A DNA stretch of 64,000 bases. It comes from Candidatus Bathyarchaeota archaeon. GTDB lineage: Archaea; Thermoproteota; Bathyarchaeia; Bathyarchaeales; Bathycorpusculaceae. Positions 19,232 to 29,307 of this stretch are shown piece by piece. Both the position numbers and the translations under genes were made by a program. The stretch spans positions 128,040 through 192,039 of the forward strand of contig CAVZIW010000004.1 in NCBI GenBank assembly GCA_963775465.1, written 5' to 3'. The stretch's first letter is position 1, and every line of letters begins with the position of its first letter. The notes under the pieces were generated by a model. The model ran no database searches and was not told the DNA's origin. It saw nothing but the letters and a program-made list of their open reading frames with translations.

Positions 19232-21313
19232 TCATATTAGAGGCGGGGGATATGTTGTCAAGATCATATCTCTCCCTATTACTCCGTCAGTTCCAGGACC
19301 TGAATATTTTGCTTTTGAGTGAAAAAGAGTTACGAAAGAGTCGAAACCATTTCCTTCTATTAAGACCTTTACGCCAGAAGGCATAACGGATTTTGTGACA
19401 GAAGTTTTGAGCCTACTATAGCCTTCAAATAGTAAGCCCGCAGGTGGGAGAATATATTTGGGAGGAAACAAAGGTATCGACACAGTCCAGCCCGCGAACA
19501 GAGTATTGCCATGTATTTGAACTTGTAACTGGTCCTTTTTTAGTAATTGGCAGTTTTGTGCGGCAGGAGTACCACTGTAATAATTGTTTTTTCGCCATTC
19601 GACACTTTTAGAGTTATCTCCAACCACTGCAACGGGTACATAAGCGTGACCTTTTGGTGTTTCAAGCCACAGGTAGACTTGGAACCAATCTTCGACACCG
19701 AAAGAGGATTGCTTGTTGCAATGATAAAAAACCATGATCATATCTGGTACACCAAGACAGTTTGGTGTGTGAATGACTGCAGAAGCCATACTTCCATAAA
19801 CCTTTACCATGTCTTTTGAAGGATTTCTGGCGAGGATTCTTTTGGCGTTTATTATTTTGTTTAGAATGTATTCTGACGTTACAGCCCCACCCTTTTCGTC
19901 GATGTCAACTATCATCTTTCTATAAGGGCTGCCTTTTCTCGACATAGAGTATTCATTATCATTTACGGGAATATTTGAGGGTGCAGGGGGTCTTGTTATT
20001 TCTTCAAGCGTTATTGCAGTTGGCACTCGAGCATTCTTCCAAAGATCGTTTAGCATTTTCTTTGTCTTGTCTACGTATTCAAAATCGTCAGTGTAGAAAG
20101 CATTTTCAAATGAAAGATCATTTCCTTTATCGTTCAGCGTAGGGTTCTTAAACTGAAAAAGATGTTGGCTGTCAACAATTGTTGTTCTAAAGTAATTATT
20201 TGGTATATGCTTCACTTTATGATGCTTTGCCAACTGGATTGCAGCGTCCAAGTTGTCTTTGGTTATCGGGGCCATAATTTTTATTGATACATCTTTAGCA
20301 ATTTCTGTGAGTAGAAAAGGCGCGTTTCTGAAATAATCCAAAAGCCCTTCAGACGAGGTTAACATTATGATTTCTTGGTTGGCTTCATTCATTTTTTCAT
20401 AGTACTTCTTCTCTGCTACTTTGGCGTCGTTTATAATGCAGGTTTTTGGTGCTGGTTTGCCACTTTTAATCTCGCTTATTTTCCTTCCGATATCTATTGA
20501 TTTAGACCAGAATTCTTCAAACAGAGAGGAAAAGGCGATTGTCAGTGTTTTGCTATTCGTCCAAAGACAGGTCCCTTCTCTCTCGGTTGTCAGGTCCTCT
20601 TCTTTTGTGATGAAAAAAAGGGCTTCGTTGTCGTCTTTTATTATCACGCGGTTGGTGAGTTTTAAACCTAAATCGGGGGTTCTGACTTCAAAATTTGAAT
20701 TCTTTAATTGATTTTTCAGTAGCCAACTCTCTATTAAAGTTGCGTTATGCTCAGATATTTCGGTTAGACATTTGAACTTAATGTCTCTTTCTAATGAATG
20801 CTTTAGAGCAGTATCTATAACTCCAAATTGATCAGCACGAAACAAACTGGGAATTGTAGTAATTGCTAAGAGTTGTCTTTCTGTTTCTCGTATCATCTGC
20901 TGAATTTTTGAGAAAATATAGTTTCTACCTTCTAAAACCATAAATTTTGAAGTTGGTGAAGCATAATCTTCAACAGACAGTGCTTTCCAATCAGAGAGAA
21001 TTTTACTCTTTTTTCGCTTCAAAAGTTTAGCTTCTTCCATCTTCACTTCTACGAACAAGTCAACTATTCTTTCTATCGATAATGCAGAAAAGCGTGCAGG
21101 TCGCTCCATAGTAACGCTGAGCACACCTTTTTTTTCCAGTTTTTTGAGAATAGGGTAGAGCGTCTGTTTTTGAATCTTCAAGATTTTAGATATATTGACG
21201 GCTTTTTGGGGACCTTTCTTAGCGAGAAGCACGTATACATTAGCTTCAAGTGGTGAAAATCCGAGATTTTCAAGAGCTTCCAGTATTTTATTTGGAGGCA
21301 TAATATCCACCAA
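19232..21313 (-). CDS. Large multidomain TrmB-family regulator
   Basis: N-terminal TrmB HTH, two TrmB-like effector repeats, extra ~220-aa C-terminal domain. Confidence 0.85.
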   Translation of the reverse strand: MVDIMPPNKILEALENLGFSPLEANVYVLLAKKGPQKAVNISKILKIQKQTLYPILKKLEKKGVLSVTMERPARFSALSIERIVDLFVEVKMEEAKLLKRKKSKILSDWKALSVEDYASPTSKFMVLEGRNYIFSKIQQMIRETERQLLAITTIPSLFRADQFGVIDTALKHSLERDIKFKCLTEISEHNATLIESWLLKNQLKNSNFEVRTPDLGLKLTNRVIIKDDNEALFFITKEEDLTTEREGTCLWTNSKTLTIAFSSLFEEFWSKSIDIGRKISEIKSGKPAPKTCIINDAKVAEKKYYEKMNEANQEIIMLTSSEGLLDYFRNAPFLLTEIAKDVSIKIMAPITKDNLDAAIQLAKHHKVKHIPNNYFRTTIVDSQHLFQFKNPTLNDKGNDLSFENAFYTDDFEYVDKTKKMLNDLWKNARVPTAITLEEITRPPAPSNIPVNDNEYSMSRKGSPYRKMIVDIDEKGGAVTSEYILNKIINAKRILARNPSKDMVKVYGSMASAVIHTPNCLGVPDMIMVFYHCNKQSSFGVEDWFQVYLWLETPKGHAYVPVAVVGDNSKSVEWRKNNYYSGTPAAQNCQLLKKDQLQVQIHGNTLFAGWTVSIPLFPPKYILPPAGLLFEGYSRLKTSVTKSVMPSGVKVLIEGNGFDSFVTLFHSKAKYSGPGTDGVIGRDMILTTYPPPLI

Positions 21314-21408
21314 TCACTTTGAAGTTATTATGGAAACTAAATAAAATAATATTTTCCAATAAAACCTTGAAGTGGTATAAATATTTTGGTCTTTTTAGAT
21401 TTGTAATT

Positions 21409-21723
21409 TCAATTAATCTTAAAAAGCTCTTTTGTTGAGTCCACTTTTTGTGCTTGCTCAATCTTGGTTTTGATTATCAAATCTAAAATTACTTCCAGTG
21501 GTACTGCAGAAAAGGTGGCGGGCCGTTCGGTGTTTACTTTTACCATGTTTTGATCTTGAAGCCTTTTTAGAATACGGTAAAGTTGTCCCTTTGTTAACTC
21601 CAAAGAATACGCCAATTCTTTTACTTGTTTAGATCCATTTTTCTCAAGGAAAACATAGACTTCAGCACCTATTTTTTTAACACCAAAATCTTCAAGGACT
21701 TTAACTATATGCTCTCGAATCAA
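21409..21723 (-). CDS. TrmB-type HTH-only protein
   Basis: AEVYVFLEKNG...GQLYRILKRLQDQNMV...ERPATFSAVP. Confidence 0.8.
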   Translation of the reverse strand: MIREHIVKVLEDFGVKKIGAEVYVFLEKNGSKQVKELAYSLELTKGQLYRILKRLQDQNMVKVNTERPATFSAVPLEVILDLIIKTKIEQAQKVDSTKELFKIN

Positions 21724-21803
21724 TTTGTCGACATCCGATATTTTCTTAAAACTTCAAAAAAAGGAAATCGGGATTGATTTTATTGGTCATTTAGTTTTTT
21801 TCT

Positions 21804-22382
21804 CTAGGAGACTATGGTTGTTGTTGTCCACCACCAGTCAAAGAAGAACGTATAGCCTTCAACAGACACCCATTTGATGTTCAAGTTACCATCTACAGGG
21901 AACAATTTTGCTGTATCCCATGTTTCAAAACTGAATTCATTGATGTTATAGTCCCAATTCAATTTAGCAATGCCTTTAAGAGTCCCAGATCCGTACGGAC
22001 CATTATCAAGTACAAGCGTGTATTGATAAATACCATATCCAATACCAATACTAATAGAATTAGGAATTTCAACGTGCATTATGCTGTATACTGTCTTAAA
22101 AAAGAGCCTACCTGCCCCCAATGGACCATTATAGTCACACTGTCGTAGGTTTCCATGGGCGATTCTAATTGTTCCCTCACAGACATATTTTTCTGAACCA
22201 GGCTCTAAGTCTTTCATATTGGTCATAGTCGGCGGATCTACGAACGGGGTTGCAGTAAATTTATCAACAGCAGATGATCTACACGTTTGCTTTGCTGAGA
22301 CGGGGGTTATTCCAAAAATCGAAACGATCAGCATAGCTATCATAAGAATAATAACAGCTGAACTCATAACTTTCTTGTTCAA
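21804..22382 (-). CDS. Secreted hypothetical protein
   Basis: N-terminal signal peptide; GGAGGTG RBS upstream. Confidence 0.7.
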   Translation of the reverse strand: MNKKVMSSAVIILMIAMLIVSIFGITPVSAKQTCRSSAVDKFTATPFVDPPTMTNMKDLEPGSEKYVCEGTIRIAHGNLRQCDYNGPLGAGRLFFKTVYSIMHVEIPNSISIGIGYGIYQYTLVLDNGPYGSGTLKGIAKLNWDYNINEFSFETWDTAKLFPVDGNLNIKWVSVEGYTFFFDWWWTTTTIVS

Positions 22383-23085
22383 TTATTCACCTCCGTCTAC
22401 TGAAATTGTTTCAAGAATTTCCTAAGCAAACAATCGATTTATTTTCTAGTCAGTCAAGTCACGGACTGACCAACTTCTCTCAGAGTGCTCTCCACTTTGT
22501 CTCGTGTTTGAGCCAAACCCACGTTGGGATAAAGTGGTACCTAAATTGAAATTATCTGTATCTATTCTGACGTCCAAGTTCACAGCTTCTCGGTCAGAGT
22601 ATGCCAACGGAAAATAGACAACGATCTTGTTCAAAATTTTAGGTTGATCCGCCGAGTATTTTCGCGGAATCGGCGTCGCGACTAGAACGATTTGACAAGT
22701 ATGAATCACGATGTCCAAACAAATCGGACAAGCCAACCGTCGAATCCAAAGTAACATGAAAAATAAAAAAGCTAACATCGGCACCTCCACAAACGTGCCA
22801 TCATCGCCGCCATGCCTCCGATCTCCGCTATTTCTTTTTCCCCATACACCCAGTACAATAACCGCCAACAAGTATGCCGACCCATACGAGTCAGGAACTT
22901 GATAATACAATATACATCAAAACTCTCTCAAAAGGTAAAAAGAGAAAATGATTTTCATAAAAAGTATACCTGTTCCTCGGCGCGACGGCGTATCCGATTG
23001 TCGTAATTTCAAACGGTCATCATACTTTTGCTACGGGGAGCGCTTAAATCTAGGCATACATAATCATATATATGAGGAATCAAGG

Positions 23086-23343
23086 ATGGCAACGAAGAAA
23101 CAAACCTTGCTTTATATCGATATTGAAGTAACTAAAAAAGCGAAGGATTTAGGCTTAAATCTTTCTAAAGTATCTGAAAACGCCTTAAAAGAGGCAATAT
23201 GCCGCCTAGAAGGCATGAATTCTGAAACAGGGTGCCAAGATGACACACATTGCAACGAAAACGCGGGGCATTGGTGGCGGGGGTGGGACTTGAACCCACG
23301 AAGGCCTGCGCCAGAGGATCTTAAGTCCTCCTCCATATCTTAG
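23086..23343 (+). mobile_element. CcdA-like small ORF reading antisense into the tRNA-Leu 3' half; probable intN-type integration remnant
   Basis: MATKKQTLLYIDIEVTKKAKDLGLNLSKVSENALKEAI, then WWRGWDLNP (tRNA antisense); no toxin or intC gene seen. Confidence 0.5.
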
Positions 23344-23390
23344 GTGTAGAGATCTGGCCACCTATTTAGACCTGGCTCGGATACCCCGCC
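23272..23390 (-). tRNA. tRNA-Leu(UAA) with a 31-nt non-canonical intron at the D-loop/D-stem junction (23335..23365); CCA encoded
   Basis: Acceptor GGCGGGG/CCCCGCC; anticodon arm GAGGA-CTTAAGA-TCCTC; long variable arm; GTGGG-TTCAAGT-CCCAC; removing the intron restores the D-arm TCC...GGA. Confidence 0.93.
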
Positions 23391-23536
23391 ACCAGCACCG
23401 ATACATCTGCGCGCTATTGTTTAAGTTTTTTGATGTTTTGTGCGTAGTCCAACGGTGTCAATATATCGTTTTTTTTTGAAAAACTAATGTGAAATTAACT
23501 GCGAAAGCATCTATATCAATTAATTGACACTGGGAC

Positions 23537-24373
23537 TTAAAGTGAAGAATATTCAAGTGTTTTTAACATGCTGCCTGAACGAAAACCTTCCAAATCAAAT
23601 GTTATATAATCGAAACCCAGACTTTTCAACGCTACCACAATTCTGTCTACAACCTCCATATCGAAAAAGAGCCCGCGTTGGTCTTTGGAAATTTCTATAC
23701 GCGCTAAACCGTTATGGTCTCTGACTCTTAGATGACTCACTGGCACAATCTGTTTTATGGCTTGTTCTGCTTTTTCGATGCGCTGGAGTTTTTCAGCGGT
23801 AATTTTCTCATTGAAAGGTATCCTAGATGCTAAACACGCCAAAGCAGGTTTGTCGTGTACACTAAGACCCATCTGTTTAGCTAATTGACGAATCTCGTTT
23901 TTAACGAAACCGGTAATCATCCAAGGACTGTACACATCTTTAGATTCTAAAACTGCTCTAAAACCTGGTCGGTGGTCTTTTAGATCGCTAAAGTTTGTGC
24001 CTTCGAAAACTGCTTGGAATCCAAGTTTATGTGCAAACTCAACTAGAGTTTGGAGAAGCTCCTTCTTGCAAAAATAGCATCTGTTCTCGGGGTTTTTGAT
24101 GAATTCCGGGTTGTGTAATTCGTTTGTTTTCACAATGTGCAGTTTGATGCCGATGTTTTTGGCTGTTATTTTGGCATCCTGTAATTCTTCAGAAGTGTAA
24201 GTAGGAGACGCAGCGATGATCGCTACTACTTTTTTGTCCCCTAAAACTTCGTGAGCGACCGCAGAAAGAGTTGAGCTGTCCACGCCGCCTGAGAAAGCAA
24301 TAGCAACTCCATTCTTTCCTTTTTCTGCGATAAATTTTCTGAGTCTTTCTAATTTGACGTTTAGATCTGACAT
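23537..24373 (-). CDS. larE: ATP-dependent sacrificial sulfur transferase LarE
   Basis: PP-loop AFSGGVDSS; NRCYFCK; DHRPG; ACLASRIP; LRVRDH. Confidence 0.93.
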   Translation of the reverse strand: MSDLNVKLERLRKFIAEKGKNGVAIAFSGGVDSSTLSAVAHEVLGDKKVVAIIAASPTYTSEELQDAKITAKNIGIKLHIVKTNELHNPEFIKNPENRCYFCKKELLQTLVEFAHKLGFQAVFEGTNFSDLKDHRPGFRAVLESKDVYSPWMITGFVKNEIRQLAKQMGLSVHDKPALACLASRIPFNEKITAEKLQRIEKAEQAIKQIVPVSHLRVRDHNGLARIEISKDQRGLFFDMEVVDRIVVALKSLGFDYITFDLEGFRSGSMLKTLEYSSL

Positions 24374-24381
24374 TTTTTCAC

Positions 24382-25629
24382 CTATTTGAGAAACTGTTCC
24401 TGGGTGGCTGAGACTGCAAGGTCTAATAGTTCTCGCAAAGGTTTCTTGGTTTTCTCTGCAAGGCGTTTTAGATCTTCATATTCAGGTTTTATACGGATAA
24501 TTTCTCCGTTTTGGTCTTTAGAGATCTTAACTTTAACGGTTTCTTTGTTGCCCAATATGAGTAAATCGACCACATGGAGTTCTCTGTTTATGATATGTCG
24601 TTCACAATAGTAGACCCTTACACCAAGTGTGCCTGTTTCGTCAATTAGAACTTTTGATAGACGTTGGATATCTTTTTGTTCCGCTATTACTTTAATTATT
24701 TGTCCTGGACGATTTTTCTTTGTAAACATTGGAATTATGCTTACGTCTTTAGCCCCTTCATTTAGGAGTTTGTCGATTACGTATCCGAGTACTTCGCCAG
24801 TTGTATCATCAAGGTTAGTTTCCAGAACGGCTATTTCATCTCTCAATGGCTTTTCAATAGACTCTTCACCCATGGTTAATCTAAGAACTGCGGGTAATCC
24901 TGGGAAATCTTTGGTTCCAGCACCATAACCTAACTTCATAGGAACAATGGGAGGATAAAAACGGCTTACTTCATCTGTCAAGTTTACTAGGATTGATACT
25001 CCCGTGGGTGTAGCGAGTTCTGCATTGATTGGGCCTCCATGGAAAGGGAAGTTTTTTGATTGAAGAATTGCTAACGTTGCTGGTGCAGGGCTTGAAACGG
25101 TGCCGTGTGAAAAATTGAATGTTCCACCGCCTACGGCTACGGGTGTTGAGTAGATTCTTGATTCAAAAAGCTTTAAGTCTTCAAGGGCAACTGCAACGCC
25201 TAGTATTTCAGCGGCAGTATCGACAAAGGCTACTTCGTGTAGGTGGGCATCATCGAAGGAAACTTTATGCAGATCGGCTTCAACACTAACTAATGAGCGG
25301 ATCGCTTTGGAAACAAACTCTTTGGCTTTCGTTGGAAGACTCAAGTTTGCTGCAGCGTTTTCAACTAGATCGACCAGTTGGCTACCACTGTTTTTCGATG
25401 TTGACTCAGAGGTTACATCAATCTGTGTAGCTTTAAATTGACCCCGTGTTACTTTTTTTAAATCTATTTTGATCTTACCGTAGCCGAGATCTGGGTGCTC
25501 TAGAGATTTAATCGCCAAAATTACTTTGTTAGCGTCTGCGCCGAGATCAATCAAAGCGCCTAAAATCATATCTCCGGCAACACCGGAAACTTGACAATCA
25601 ATTATGAGAACTTTTTTGGGTCCTGACAT
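24382..25629 (-). CDS. larC: Nickel insertase LarC
   Basis: SGVAGDMILGALIDLG, HLHEV, ELATPTG, LETNLDD, KKNRPG, ETGTLGVR, KPEYEDL; uninterrupted ORF. Confidence 0.93.
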   Translation of the reverse strand: MSGPKKVLIIDCQVSGVAGDMILGALIDLGADANKVILAIKSLEHPDLGYGKIKIDLKKVTRGQFKATQIDVTSESTSKNSGSQLVDLVENAAANLSLPTKAKEFVSKAIRSLVSVEADLHKVSFDDAHLHEVAFVDTAAEILGVAVALEDLKLFESRIYSTPVAVGGGTFNFSHGTVSSPAPATLAILQSKNFPFHGGPINAELATPTGVSILVNLTDEVSRFYPPIVPMKLGYGAGTKDFPGLPAVLRLTMGEESIEKPLRDEIAVLETNLDDTTGEVLGYVIDKLLNEGAKDVSIIPMFTKKNRPGQIIKVIAEQKDIQRLSKVLIDETGTLGVRVYYCERHIINRELHVVDLLILGNKETVKVKISKDQNGEIIRIKPEYEDLKRLAEKTKKPLRELLDLAVSATQEQFLK

Positions 25630-25705
25630 GATTTATCACAAAAACTTAGTTAGTAAGACAAACATAATAGATATATTGTGTTGTCTTTTTTTAAATTGCT
25701 TGTTT

Positions 25706-26494
25706 ATGTCATCGCTTAAAGATATTTTAGACAAGGTTGCTAACCAAGAAATTACACCAATACAAGCTGAAAAACTTTTGAAGTTAAATGCAATCGATCA
25801 AGTAGGATGCTTAGCCAAGATAGATGGAAACCGAGAAATACGTAAAGGCGTTCCAGAGATTGTTCTGGCTGAAGGTAAAACACCAATCGAAGTCTTAGAC
25901 ATAACTAAGGGTATGCTCAGTAGAACCGGCAGAGTCATCATCAGCAGATCAACAGAAGAATACGTAAAAGCCCTCAAAGAGGCTTTTGATAAAGATGCCA
26001 CACTTGAGGTACATAACAAAGCGAGAATAGTGGTTGTGAAAAAGAAGGATTACATAATGTGCCAAAGTGGCGGCAGAGTGGCAGTTTTGACAGCAGGAAC
26101 TTCGGATGTCCCGGTAGCTGAGGAAGCAAAAATTATTGCTCAAGAAATGGGATGCAGAGTTTGGTCAGCCTACGATGTGGGAGTAGCAGGAATTCACAGA
26201 CTACTCGACCCGATTAAAGAAATTATTGCAAACGACGTTGATGTAATTGTTGTGGTTGCTGGCAGGGAAGGCGCTTTGGCATCCGTTGTTTCTGGACTCA
26301 TTGATGTTCCTGTAATCGCAGTGCCGACTTCCAACAGTTTCGGTTTTGGAGGAAAAGGCGTGGCTGCATTGATGGCGATGCTTCAGTCTTGTTCGTTGGG
26401 ACTGGCGGTTGTTAACATTGATGGCGGAGTTGCTGCAGGCGCAGTAGCTGCATTGATTGCCAATCGCACGGGCAAATTAAGAAAACAGGCTTAG
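25706..26494 (+). CDS. larB: NaAD carboxylase/hydrolase LarB
   Basis: Start re-assigned to ATG 25706; RKGVPEIVLAEGKT, AGTSDVPVAEEA, DVGVAGIHRL, AGREGALASVV, PTS, VVNIDGG. Confidence 0.93.
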   Translation: MSSLKDILDKVANQEITPIQAEKLLKLNAIDQVGCLAKIDGNREIRKGVPEIVLAEGKTPIEVLDITKGMLSRTGRVIISRSTEEYVKALKEAFDKDATLEVHNKARIVVVKKKDYIMCQSGGRVAVLTAGTSDVPVAEEAKIIAQEMGCRVWSAYDVGVAGIHRLLDPIKEIIANDVDVIVVVAGREGALASVVSGLIDVPVIAVPTSNSFGFGGKGVAALMAMLQSCSLGLAVVNIDGGVAAGAVAALIANRTGKLRKQA

Positions 26495-26637
26495 AAATTT
26501 TTCCTTTTAACACTCTAAGCGAACGGGTTTGCTAAAAAACTCGAGCACCCATTTTTTAGGTTCGCTCATATTATTAGTATAATTTGAACAAAAATTTGGA
26601 TGAAAAATTTAGAGGCCTAAAAAATAGGCTGGTGAAA

Positions 26638-26910
26638 TTAGCTGTCCTCTGCGTCTTCTTTTGCCAATTCATCTGAAATACTATCATCATGACTCTGAGC
26701 GTTCTTGCGTGTTTGTTTTTTGCTCGGAGCTCCTTGTTCTCGTCCTAACATGAACCCTTCCTCGGCGGGCGTGATTTCGTCATCTTCAAGCATTGTGTCT
26801 CTTTCGCCTGCATCGTAGATGTCATCAGTTTCTTCTTCTTTGTCCTCTTTATCGAGTGGAGGGCCTTGATAGAAATGAGGAGGTGCTTTCTTCTTTGTTT
26901 TATTACTCAA
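26638..26910 (-). CDS. Small acidic hypothetical protein
   Basis: GGAGATG RBS; DIYDAGERDTMLEDDEITPAEEGFMLG. Confidence 0.65.
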   Translation of the reverse strand: MSNKTKKKAPPHFYQGPPLDKEDKEEETDDIYDAGERDTMLEDDEITPAEEGFMLGREQGAPSKKQTRKNAQSHDDSISDELAKEDAEDS

Positions 26911-27258
26911 ATCATCATCTCCATTTTAACTTTTTTTAAGTTCTGTTTTAGACAAATAGACATTGTAATTTTAACGTCTTTTATGAGTATGTGATTACAT
27001 AATGACAATCACAAATAAAACTGTTCAAACAAAATTAAAAGTTGCCATAAATCCTTGTGTATTACAAAGGTTACCAATCGTAAATTTTTAAGTGATGCTG
27101 CGTCTAATTGCACAAATTATTTAAAAAATGTAAATTCTAACCATGTACTTTGCAATAAAACTTACTAAAGATTTTTATACTCAAAAACAAACCTTTGAAA
27201 TGTCACATTAACTCAGTATCACAAAGCCCAACAAGCTTTTAGGATAAGAAAAGGATCT

Positions 27259-28437
27259 GTGGCAGAAGAAAACAAGCAAATGCAAACTCAATCATTTAAG
27301 GATTTACCTTTATCTAGGGAAATCCAGAGAAGTATCGAAGAACTCGGGTTTGAAAGTCTTTTTCCGATTCAAGCTCAAGCAATAATCCCCCTGCTCGAAG
27401 GCAAAGACGTCATCGGGCAAGCCCAAACCGGCACAGGTAAAACCGCAGCTTTTGGCTTACCAATGGTTCATTGTATAAACCGCGAAGTCCGCGGCGTCCA
27501 AGGACTTATTTTGGTACCAACACGTGAACTCGCAGTTCAAGTCGCCGAAAACATGACAAAATTCGGCAAATATGCCAAACTAAAGGTTTTAGCTGTCTAC
27601 GGAGGAGAATCCATAAACAAACAAATCCACTCACTATCAAGCGGTGTCCAAATTGTAGTTGGAACACCTGGCAGACTCATTGACCTCATGGAAAGACGCG
27701 TACTGAATTTAGCGTCTGTGCGTATTGTGGTTTTAGATGAAGCTGACCGAATGCTCGACATGGGCTTCACAGAAGACGTTGAATACATTTTGTCAAAAAC
27801 ACCAAGAGACCGTCAAACAAGTCTTTTTAGCGCAACCATCGACGATTCTGTAATGCGTGTGTGCAACAAATACCTAAAAAATCCTCAAAAAATTCTTGTT
27901 AGCAAAGACGAAATTGCACTAACCCAAATGAAACAATACTATGCCATCGTCAATCAAGGCGGCAAACTCAACGCGCTCTGCGATTTTCTGCAGGATGACC
28001 AAGTAGACAAAGCCATCATTTTCTGTAGAACCCGCCATGAAACAAGCCGGTTAGCGGACCAACTCTACAAACGAGGTTTCAAAACACAAGTCCTCCATGC
28101 AGGCTTTACGCAAGCCCAACGCGACCGATCAATCAACGATTTTCGCCGCGGCACACGCAACCTTCTAGTAGCAACCGACGTAGCCGCAAGGGGCTTAGAC
28201 ATCGAAGGCATAACCCACATAATCAACTACGACGTACCAAACGACCCCCCAGTATATTTCCACCGCATAGGCAGAACTGCACGTAAAGGCGAAGAAGGCA
28301 CCGCAATAACCCTTGTAAGTTATGGTGAAATGTCAAACTTTAACAACATCAAATGCTTAACCAAAACAAAAATAGAAGAAATCAAAAAAGCAACAACCAC
28401 CCGAATAGAAGACTCTCCAATCCAGAGCTTCTACTAA
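27259..28437 (+). CDS. DEAD-box RNA helicase
   Basis: Q motif, AQTGTGKT, PTRELA, TPGR, DEAD, SAT, ARGLD, HRIGRTAR. Confidence 0.97.
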   Translation: MAEENKQMQTQSFKDLPLSREIQRSIEELGFESLFPIQAQAIIPLLEGKDVIGQAQTGTGKTAAFGLPMVHCINREVRGVQGLILVPTRELAVQVAENMTKFGKYAKLKVLAVYGGESINKQIHSLSSGVQIVVGTPGRLIDLMERRVLNLASVRIVVLDEADRMLDMGFTEDVEYILSKTPRDRQTSLFSATIDDSVMRVCNKYLKNPQKILVSKDEIALTQMKQYYAIVNQGGKLNALCDFLQDDQVDKAIIFCRTRHETSRLADQLYKRGFKTQVLHAGFTQAQRDRSINDFRRGTRNLLVATDVAARGLDIEGITHIINYDVPNDPPVYFHRIGRTARKGEEGTAITLVSYGEMSNFNNIKCLTKTKIEEIKKATTTRIEDSPIQSFY

Positions 28438-28552
28438 ACCCACTTTTCTGGTTTTTCAACCATCAACCCAGCATTGTAAAAGTCTTAATACTTGCAATTC
28501 AGCTATTAGACAACAAAAAAATCCATACAATAAAATATACCATTTTTGGCTA

Positions 28553-28921
28553 CTAACATTCTTCCGTTGAACTCGGCTTTATAGTTAAAGCTGATTTGTC
28601 TGTTGTAGCTAACTCATATTGGTTTGAATGTTTTATGGCCTTTTTAGGGCAAATATCAACACAATGGTAGCAGAATATACATTTATCCAAGTGAACCTGA
28701 GGCTTCTTTTTTCCATCCACTTCAACCATTTCGATTGCTTTAGAGGGGCATTCTTTGCAGCATAAACCGCACCCGATACAAAGTTCTGAGTCAAACATTG
28801 GTTGGCCACGGTAATCGTCAGGCAAAGTAGGCTTAGTAGACGGATATTTGGTCGTTGCTGGTTTAGAGACAAGTTCGTGCGCAGCTCTCTTAAATAATCG
28901 GGGGATACGCGGTTTAGGCAT
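28553..28921 (-). CDS. 2x[4Fe-4S] protein, NuoI/EchF-like
   Basis: PATTKYP...YRGQP; CIGCGLCCKECP; CIFCYHCVDICP. Confidence 0.88.
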   Translation of the reverse strand: MPKPRIPRLFKRAAHELVSKPATTKYPSTKPTLPDDYRGQPMFDSELCIGCGLCCKECPSKAIEMVEVDGKKKPQVHLDKCIFCYHCVDICPKKAIKHSNQYELATTDKSALTIKPSSTEEC

Positions 28922-29307
28922 TTAATTACACCACTTGCTAATTCTCTGGTATAAACCATTATTTTAATGCAACTAAAAAAGCAATCTATGAAGTCTGAAA
29001 ATCGAATAATTGTGGTCATCATTCTCTTTTTTGCCGAGATCCTTAGCGCCGTTGATAAGACTGCGCTCTTTCTCAAATATGCTCTGCCTTCTTTGAGGGT
29101 AGCTTTTGATCAATATTGCATTTCCTTCTTTTTCCTGATTTTCTGCAAAAAATACTCCTTGTGCAAGACAGTTTACTCAGTGAAAGTTTGCTCGCAGCAA
29201 GTTGTTGTCTGCGTTGCTCTAATAAAATGCTAATAACTCACAGAAAGCATTATTTGATATCATGTGGTTTTTTCGCTCGGACAGTTAGTATTTAAAAGGC
29301 AAGGAAA

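Noticed and set aside
22446-22910. 154-aa minus-strand ORF and overlapping plus-strand ORFs
   Set aside because: No recognisable motif or RBS; probably decayed DNA, so not called.
24382-25629. Programmed frameshift in larC, as in Lactobacillus larC1/C2
   Set aside because: Here larC is a single continuous 415-aa ORF.
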